A stretch of DNA of 64,000 nucleotides from the human T2T-CHM13v2.0 reference genome, Homo sapiens: the NCBI RefSeq assembly GCF_009914755.1, contig NC_060935.1; one strand, given 5' to 3'. Of this stretch, positions 54,880 through 64,000 are shown piece by piece. The notes beneath the pieces were generated by a model. It was not told the origin of the DNA, ran no database searches, and saw only the letters and a list, made by a program, of their open reading frames with translations. Each line of letters begins with the position of its first letter. Within the stretch, counting starts at the first letter, position 1. A program made the translations under genes and the position numbers.

Positions 54880-55065
54880 TGAATCCCTGGTCCATGAATC
54901 AGTGACAACTGGGCAGAATCTCCTGGGCAGTTTTAAAATTATAAATTTTTGTTCCACATTTATACCAAAATATTTTAAATCAGTAAGTCTGGAGTGGAAA
55001 TAAAAAATGTATAGATTTTTTAACTGCAAGTAATCCTGATGTGTACTAAGTTTAGGATCCATTGA
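54880..55065. mobile_element. MER5-family MITE
   Basis: cagaatctcctgggcagttttaaaa...aaatcagtaagtctggagtgga...gtaatcctgatgtgtactaagtttaggatccattg. Confidence 0.6.
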
Positions 55066-55289
55066 CTATATTAACACATATTACTTTTTAAGCAAATGAT
55101 AAAAGTTTTGAATCCACCCCCCCATTGACACGTATATACTAGTATAAAATAAAAACTGTACATATCATTTCCAAGAGTTCATAGAGGTTCTATAGCCCAT
55201 TTAGTTATCCTTTGTGGCTGTAAACAAAATTAAGAGTTCCTGACCTGGAAACATTCTCTCATTATGAAGTCCTTAGAAGACAATCTGGG

Positions 55290-55655
<366 letters not shown>

Positions 55656-56108
55656 TTAGCAATTGCATATCAAGAGTTGTTCTTTCTAGGGAAAAATCAT
55701 TCCTTTACTATTCCTTTTGCTCACCACATTGAGCAAAAAGAGTATTGGGTATGTTTGGTTAAGGTGATAATGTTAAAGAAAATAAAAAGATTCAGGAAGA
55801 TTTAAAGGAGGAAGACTCAAAACTTTCTGAGTATTGGAAGTATGGTTTATCAACACTCTTGTCTTACTATCCCGTGCTGGAAGATTTGGGATTAAAGCTA
55901 GGAGACAGGAATGCAGACATTAATCAGGCATTGGTGAATGTTCTAGAGAGTGAAAGGAAGCTACAGAGAGGGATTTCTGTGACTTTGTGTTGGTTACATT
56001 GTTTCAGTTTTAGTTTCAAGTCAGAGACGTACAAAGAGGACAAGACAAAGAGAATGCCCCTTGTTTAACAATTTAAGACCTGATACATGAGAATTAAATA
56101 TTTTGGTA

Positions 56109-56400
<292 letters not shown>

Positions 56401-57234
56401 AAAGATTTTGGCAACTGAACTGGTCAGTCTCTGCTATGTTCTGACATCTGAAGCTTCAAAATAGTCAAAACGCACCTCCCCACTGACATACACACAGACA
56501 TATACACAGAGAGGGAGAGAAGTATTGGGAAAGGGGTATGTTTCTTTTTGTGATTGACAGGTTCAGATAAAATAAATCATTAGAGTGAGTTTACAAATAA
56601 TCATACTGAGATGGTGGATATTATTGGTAGACATGGCAGAGGCATTCTTGCTTTGATTGTATTTGGTTTTAGTAAGTAGCTTTCAAGTACTTGTCTATGG
56701 AAATATAAATATTCAGAGGAAGTATATGGGCAGGAGCTGGGCTTGGGGTTGATGGGTACTGGGAGCAGTGAGGGCCCCTTGCATGCACAGAGCAGTTTCC
56801 CCTTGTTTTGTGTGAATTTTAAGAATTTGCACAACATTCTGTTTACAAAGAAAAGTTCTTCTATTTGTTTTAAGTATGAAAATCATGGCTTACAAGAAAT
56901 ATTTACTTTCCTAAAACTTTCTGAATTAAGTAATGTTCAAAATACCCTGTGTAAATCTGGTATAAAGCTGTAACTCATTTATACTGTGTTAAGGAAGTCT
57001 AAATACCTCAGCTATGAACTCTGGATGGGCCACCTCTGTCACATGGAGCCAAAGTTCACAGAGAAAGTCTCATACAGGTGTGTCTCCAAACACAACCCCT
57101 ATATCATGGTATATTTAGTGTTGTACTCCTCAAAGTCCATTCTGGAGGAAATTACCCAGGGGACTTCCTTGTTTTGAAGAAACTGACCAACACACTTCAA
57201 GGAATTGTTTCCCTACAAGCAGCATGTAGAAATG

Positions 57235-57410
57235 AAAATAATAGTCTGGAATCAGACTCAGTTGCTAATCACAGCTCTACCATGAGCTAGCTCTTGTGAA
57301 AGTCTTGGACAAGACAGTTAAACTTGAGAGCATCGTTTTTCTAATCTGCAAAATACGGATAATATTCTCCATTTCGTAAGGTGGATGGGAGAATTAAACG
57401 TACTAGCACG
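57235..57410 (+). mobile_element. MIR SINE
   Basis: tctggaatcagac...cagctctaccatgagctagct...cttggacaag...tctgcaaaatacggataata. Confidence 0.65.
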
Positions 57411-58365
57411 TTTAATTCAAGATTAACTGGAGGTACAATAAATAATCTGGAGACCCCTTGAAAACTTTGTGGAGAAATGAGAAAGATGGGTAAAAGACTT
57501 CTAATGTTACCATTTTCCTTTGAAAGAATCCTTTCTGGCCAGTTTGAATGGCAGGAAAAGGGAGGGACTCAATGGCTTTGGGAAGGTGTGTGCGCAAACA
57601 CACGGTCAGATAAGGAACTTTTATGTTTCCTTTTGAGGGCTGATGACCAAGCATTCCTGAGATTGAGGACAACATTCAGCAAGTCTCTAGCCGTTGTAAA
57701 CTCTGAAACACATTTTCTTAGTAAGTAGATATTTTTCCTTAAAAAAGATTAAATGCAAATTTGATCCAAATAAAGAAATTAGTTTAAAAACTCATAAAGT
57801 ATAAAAGGAAGGGGGATCATTTTCTCCATTCTCTATTCAATACTTTTTAGCTAAATGACATCAGAGTTCATATCATGATCAAAATGGATTCTAAGAAGAA
57901 CGTGAGACAAGCTGAGATTCAAAAGAGACCCAGATACATGGTAGAAGTCCCAGGGAAGCATGACTGCAAGCTAGTTACCAAGATGGGACTACTGTAATTA
58001 TCTTGCCATTTCATTTCCTTGAGCACATTTTGCAACAGTAGCTAAGTTTTTTTTTTGTTTTTTTGTTTTTTTTTTTAAAGTCTGGCAGAGGGCTAAAATT
58101 AGCAGGGCTCTCTTTAACTGGAATAATACTAGACAATTGTATACGAATTTTAATGGTCTCAGAATTCCAAGGTAGCATTTGTGCAAAAACAGTTTTTCAT
58201 TTTCTGCTTTGGATCCCCTTTTGAGACAGTGGTCTAACCTGTACCATAATTGTCTACCATGAAGTTCTCTAGCCAAGAAAAATAATGTCTTTGCTTTTCA
58301 TAGCTGTGGTTACTTCCCCATCATAAACCTTATTGCACAGTATTTTTAGTGCCTTTATATTTTCT

Positions 58366-58521
58366 TTTCTAAATTTTTTTTTTTTTTTTTTTTTTTGTAG
58401 AGACTGGGGGGGATCTCACTTGGTTGCCCAGGCTGGTCTCGAAGTCCTGGCCTCAAACAATCCTCCTGCTTGAGCCTCCAAAAGGGCTTAGAATTAGAGG
58501 TGTGAGCCACTACACCCAGCT
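58366..58521 (-). mobile_element. Free left Alu monomer (FLAM_C-like)
   Basis: Poly-T plus a single reverse left arm. TSD gcctttatattttct/gcttttatattttct. Confidence 0.88.
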
Positions 58522-58627
58522 TGCTTTTATATTTTCTGAATCACCCTATTTACCTTAGGCAGCATGTAGGCAGGAATTGCGTCTTTATTATTTACTATTA
58601 TACCCCTAGTGCTTGGTATTTTCTATC

Positions 58628-58808
58628 AATGTTAGCCATTCTAGTAGGGTTTTGTTTGAATTTCCTTAATGAATGATGATGTTGAGCACCATTTCACTTG
58701 GATATCCAGTTTGTGAAGTGTCTGTTCAATCCTCTTGCCCATTTTTTTATTGAGCTATATGTATTTTCTTACTGACTTGCAGGTAGGAATTCTTAATATG
58801 TTCTATAT
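58628..58808 (-). mobile_element. Old L1M 3' ORF2 fragment
   Basis: atgatgttgagcacc...tttgtgaagtgtctgttcaatcctcttgcccattttt. Confidence 0.75.
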
Positions 58809-60077
58809 ATATATTATATATATACAAATTTTATGTTTTTGTGTATTAATATATATGTACATATGTATATACATTATGTATATATATAAAATACATATAA
58901 TACACGAAAAATATAAACAAAATGTTCATATAAATTATATATAACAGTTTTTACCCATTCATCTTTTAAATCATTCATTAAGTGAAACATTACTTACTAC
59001 ATATCTAACATGTACATGCCAAAGACAATGCTAGTGCTAGGGATAAAGAATGGTTATTTTACAAATTGCTGATACATGCTTATAGGAAAAAATGTTGGTA
59101 AATTTGGGGATAATAAATAGCAAGCTGGGAAGAACTAGTTTTTTATTTCCAAATAACCTATGATCTCTCACCTAGACGTTATAATTATCAAATTTATTTT
59201 ATAATATGAATTATCAAATATGAATATTTGCTAAAATATCAAATATGAATATTTGCTAAAATATCAAATGTATTTTATAATATGTAATGGAATATTCATC
59301 ATTACAGGTACCAGGAAATAAAGATTTTCACATTTCCTTGAATGTTAAGTAGTTCTAAAAGTATAAGTTGCAAATACATCTTTTAGGTATGTATTGGGGA
59401 TACATATTTTCTGGGTAACTGATAAATTATAAACTCTTTCAAAATAAAATTTATGATAGGCAGCTTTTAATACTCAAAGAGTCTTTTTATTAAAGATATT
59501 TCAAAGCATTTTTCCACAAATTTTCTTTAATACCACTTTTTATGTTTAGTTAATTTTTGATTTATCTTGTAAAGTTTAAATGAAATTTAGCTTGTTTGTT
59601 TGACAGATTAACCATATGATTATATGGGTACCACATTAATGGGAATAAATGAATAATTATTAAGTGATGAATCTGTTTCCTTCTAGATAAAAGAGGGGTT
59701 TCTAGGACGAGTAGTACTAGGGGTTAAATTTTCTTTCACTGAATACATTAATAACAAAATATTTTATTTAATCAATCAATAAAATAGTCAATTAGTCTAT
59801 TGATATTATTATCTCAAACTTTGGAGAACTCCGTACTGTGCACTGAGTAGGTACAGAAATATAGAAAATAGAGTCTCTCCCCTCTGATTCCATATAGTCT
59901 AGAATTGGAGATAAGCAATGTAACTGGAATTAAATGTAGAAAAGTGTATGTCATAAGCAGTTTATAGATAAAGGGCTATCGCCATTGAAAAAATGATTCC
60001 AACTCATTGGAAGATGGTGTTTTTTGGTGAAGTTATGGAGGATTGGGACAAATAGAGAGGCAGGGTATGGAATAATC

Positions 60078-60266
60078 TGTACTGAAGATGATCAATATGG
60101 TAGCCGACTTAAAGAAGATAATGTTAAAAATCCAGTTTCTCCCTTGAGCTAGCCTCGTTTCTTATGCTCAGTCAACAGCCACATGTAACCCACGACTATC
60201 ACATTCAGTGACACAGATGGAGTACATTTCCTTTATCACAGAATGTTCAATTAAACTAAGCTGCTG
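60078..60266 (-). mobile_element. MER3 (hAT-Charlie MITE)
   Basis: caatatggtagcc...aacagccacatg...cacagatggagtacatttcctttatcacagaa. Confidence 0.65.
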
Positions 60267-60938
60267 TAGACAAAAGAGCATGAACAACACTCAGGTATAA
60301 GACACTGTATGGAATATCTAGAAAAGAGTAAATATGTCCGTTTATCTGATGTTAGGTAATTTAAAAAGAAATGACTTGAGGCAGCCTAGGAAAAATGTTG
60401 AGATAAGACCATGAAGGCACTTGAAAATGAGTTTTACTTTGATAAAAAATTAAATAAAAAGTAGCAAACTGTTCAGAAATATGCATAAACAATGTTGACG
60501 TGACAGCAATAAGAGCAGTTTAAAAACGGAAGGCCACTTGGGGATAGCTCAAGAGAGAATTGCTCCATATTTGAACTAGACCAATGGCAGTGGAAATACA
60601 GTGAATTCAGGGCTTCTGTGCCTTTCACCACACATTCATTGAAGAAATATGTATAGAATATATATTGTAGGCCAATATTCTCTAATCGAGGGATATAAAA
60701 TAAATTTTAAAAACATACAAAACATTCTTCTTCATGAAGTTTACATTTTAGAAGAATGAGCAGGCTAGATTTTAAATTCATTCACCACTTTCATGTATTT
60801 CTTATAACAAATCTTGGAGGTGGATATACTGGCTCTCACTTTATAGATGAGATTAATTACCATATGTTCCAAACCCACATAATAGCTATAATAATAAAGT
60901 GATATAGCATGGTTATATCTATATTATATGTTTATGTA

Positions 60939-62439
60939 TAGTTACATATCACTTAACGACAGCCATACATCCCAAAATGCACTGTTGGTGATTTTGTTGT
61001 GTGAACGTCAGGGTGTACTTACACACACCTAGAGGATATAGCCTATTATATATACTTCTTGCTGTATGGGATAGCCTATATCTCCTAGGCTACAAACCTT
61101 GTTACTGTACTGAATATTATAGGCAATTGAAACACAATGGTATTTGTGTATCTAAACATACCTAAACATAGAAAAGGTACAATAAAAATATAGTGTAAAA
61201 GATTAAAAATTGGCATAAATACTAAAATAGGGCACCTTACCATTAATGAAGCTTGTAGGACTGGAAGTTTCTCTGGGTGAAGCAGTGAGTGAGTGGTGAG
61301 TGAATGGAAAAGCCCAGGACACCACTGTAGACTTTATGAATACTGCACACTTAGGCTGCACTAAGTGAATTTTATAATTTTTTTCCTGGCCAGGCTCCAG
61401 GGCTTACAACTGTAAACCTAGAGCACTTTGGGAGGCCAAGACAAGGGATGATCTCTTGAAGCCAGAGTTCAAGACTACCAGGGCAATATAGAAAGACCCC
61501 ATCTCTACAAATAATAATAATAATAATGATAATAAATTAGCCAGGCATGTTGGTGCATGCCTATAGTCCTAGCTACTTGGAAGGCTGAGGCATGAGGATG
61601 TACTGAGCCCAAGAGTTCCAGGTTAGAGTGAGCTATGATCATGTCACTGCACTCTAGCCTGGGCAACATAGCAAGACCCTGTCTCTAAAACAAAGCAAAA
61701 ATTTTTCTTTAATAATCAACCTTAGCTTACTGTAACTTTTTTGCTTTATAAACTTTTTAATGTTTTTAACTTTTTTATTCATTTGTAATACTATTTAGCT
61801 TGAATACAAACACATTGTATAGCTATAAAACAATATTTTCCTTCTTTATATCTTTATAAGCTTTTTTCTATTTTTAAAATTTTGCATTTTGTATTTTTAC
61901 TTTTTAAACTTTGTTGTTAAAAACTAAGATACACACATTAGCCTAGGTGTATGCAGGGTCAGGATCATCAGTATTTTACTGTCTTCCACCTCTACAACTT
62001 GTCCCACTGGAAGATCCTTAGGGGCAGTTACATACATGGAGCTGCCATCTCCTGCAATAACAATGTCCTCTTCTGGAATACCCCCTAAACCACTTGCCTG
62101 AGGCTGTTTTAGAGTTAACATCTTTCATAATAAGTAAAAGAAGTATACTCTAAAACAATGACAAAAAGTACATACATAAACCAGTAACAGTCATTTGTAA
62201 TCATCATCAAGTACTGTACATAATTATGTGTGCTATACTTTTATACAGCTGAAATACAGGGGGTTTGTTTACACCAGCATCAACACAAACACATGAACAA
62301 TACATTGTGCTGTGATGTTACGATGACTACAATGTGATTAGGCAATAGGAATTCTTTAGCTTCATTATAATCTCATGGAACCACTGTCATATATGTGGTT
62401 CACAGTTGACAGAAATACTGTTATGGGATGCAGTGACTG
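60939..62439 (+). mobile_element. Tigger3b-like (TcMar-Tigger) element, split by an Alu
   Basis: gtgtacttacacacacctaga...ctcctaggctacaaacct...atctaaacata...gcagtgagtgagtggtgagtgaatg, ending gtgactg and flanked by TA. About 1.2 kb without the Alu. Confidence 0.9.
61388..61700 (+). mobile_element. Alu (AluJ-like)
   Basis: Diverged dimeric Alu with an (AAT)n middle linker. Confidence 0.92.
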
Positions 62440-62444
62440 TAACA

Positions 62445-62690
62445 TGGTTGACATTGTTCTAAGTGTTTTATGAACCTCATTTGGTATTATTTAATATTCA
62501 TTTAATATTCTTAAAAATCTTATGAAAAAGAGATTCGTGTTTCCATCTTCTTTTAATAAATGAGAAAACTGAAGTTTTACATGTTTACATAATTTGTCTA
62601 AGTTCACTGAATAACTATGTAGTAGAACTAGGATTTGAAACCACACAGTTTAAGTCCAAAAGTCACACTCTAATTTATAACACAATGCAT
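62445..62690 (-). mobile_element. MIR SINE
   Basis: aaatgagaaaactgaag...aatttgtctaagttcac...agaactaggatttgaaacc. Confidence 0.7.
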
Positions 62691-63379
62691 ATAGGCCTTT
62701 TTGGTTCCAAAGCTCATACTCACATTTAGACAGGAGTAATATTCAGTGACTTGACTGGCTATAGAATGTGAGCATAAGGGAGGAATTAAACTCCTATATA
62801 TTGGTGTCATTCATCTAGGGATGTACAATAATTACATCCTGAATTCATACTGTTCCCTGAATAAACCCTGAATTCATGTTATCATTGCCCTGACCAAATT
62901 AATATAATGAAAAAGTCTGATGTCTTCCATGTGAATTAACCCTAAAATTAGAGTGCAGAGGGGGTGCAAGAGGGGAAACACTTATTAAAGATCATATAAA
63001 TGAATGGTCTTTGAGAATGAACGTCTTTCTGCCTGCATTGATTGGAATGGGGGTGTACAATAACACTTGCAGATAATCTCAGCAAGCTGAGGGGCCTTGT
63101 GGCTTCCCACTGTCATGCCTAGAATCAACACTCTTCAATTTGCAGTCAAAGGAGACTTTTACTTGAGGAAGCAGATTGGCAGTTTGCTTCTTTGGTCAAT
63201 GGGTGACTTTTCTAATCAAGGCCAAGTGGCTTAAAATTTGAGACCTTCCACTCTGACTCCTGAGGCTTCCCAAGACTAGCAGCTCATGTGTGGTGCATGC
63301 ACAAGGGGCCTCTTGCTCAGCTAAGGTCCTGCTGCTCATAGTCCAGCCCTTTGCTATTTGATACAAGCTGATACATTTC

Positions 63380-63960
63380 CCAAGCCTGAAGTCTCCATGT
63401 CAGCCTCCGTCTTTCTTTTCTTCTCTTCGAAGCTATACATTATCAAACCCCATTCACTTAACACCTTAAAGGTAATTAGTCTTCTACTTGCCAGCCTCAC
63501 TACCTTACCTTTAGTCTCTTTATTGTCTCTTGCCTGGATTACTCCAAAGGCTTTCTAATCTGGTCTCCAAATTCCCTTCTCCCTGCTACATTGCAATTCA
63601 TTCTCTACATAGCTCCTGATTAGTCTGTGTAAAATGAAGATCTGATCATGTAAATCCCTTGATTAAAAACCTTTATTAATTCCCATTGATCTTTGATGCT
63701 GTTCAAGCTTCTTAACATGAATCTACAAGGACCTCATGATCTGATTCTTTTTCCATCTATTGACACTCTACCCCTCCTCTGTGTCCTCTCCTGAACTCTA
63801 ATGAAGTTGTTCTTCCCCAAAGCACACTATGCTGTTTCATACCCCATACCTTTGAATATGAATTGTGTTTTAATTTGTGCATTTAAAGCTTTATTCTCAC
63901 ATATTAATTTGCTATTCCTTTTTATAATATCAAGAGGTACCTAATGTAGAGCCATAGGCA
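63380..63960 (+). mobile_element. L2 LINE 3' region
   Basis: tctcttgcctggattactccaaaggctttctaatctggtctcc...aagatctgatcatg...aaaaacctttattaattcccattg. Confidence 0.7.
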
Positions 63961-64000
63961 CCAAACCAAACCTTGACGTTGTGAAAGATGACATTCTCAG

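Overview
This window is primate (most likely human) nuclear DNA, AT-rich and dominated by interspersed repeats, so it is intergenic or deep-intronic. I find no intact protein-coding gene, rRNA, tRNA or CRISPR array. The ORFs in the track that I can assign come from repeats (Alu, L1 ORF2, THE1 internal region, hAT transposase) or low-complexity DNA; the rest are short and unrecognised. Recognised content: about 15 Alu/FLAM copies (12 on the + strand), a two-LTR THE1A MaLR element, several solo LTRs, a 5'-truncated L1PA, L2/MIR fossils, and many DNA-transposon fossils (Kanga/Tc2, Charlie, MER20, MER33, MER63, MADE1, MER5, MER104, MER81, MER3, Tigger3). Family names come from recalled consensus sequences and need a RepeatMasker/Dfam check; boundaries of old repeats are approximate. 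The most notable signals are a near-consensus CTCF motif (27745-27763), a CCAAT/TATA/splice-donor cluster (30497-30662), a 353-bp pure-purine tract containing an exact 109-bp duplication, a perfect 26-bp palindrome, and a tail-less Alu that still has a target-site duplication (TSD). I cannot support a claim of a novel biological system from this sequence alone.
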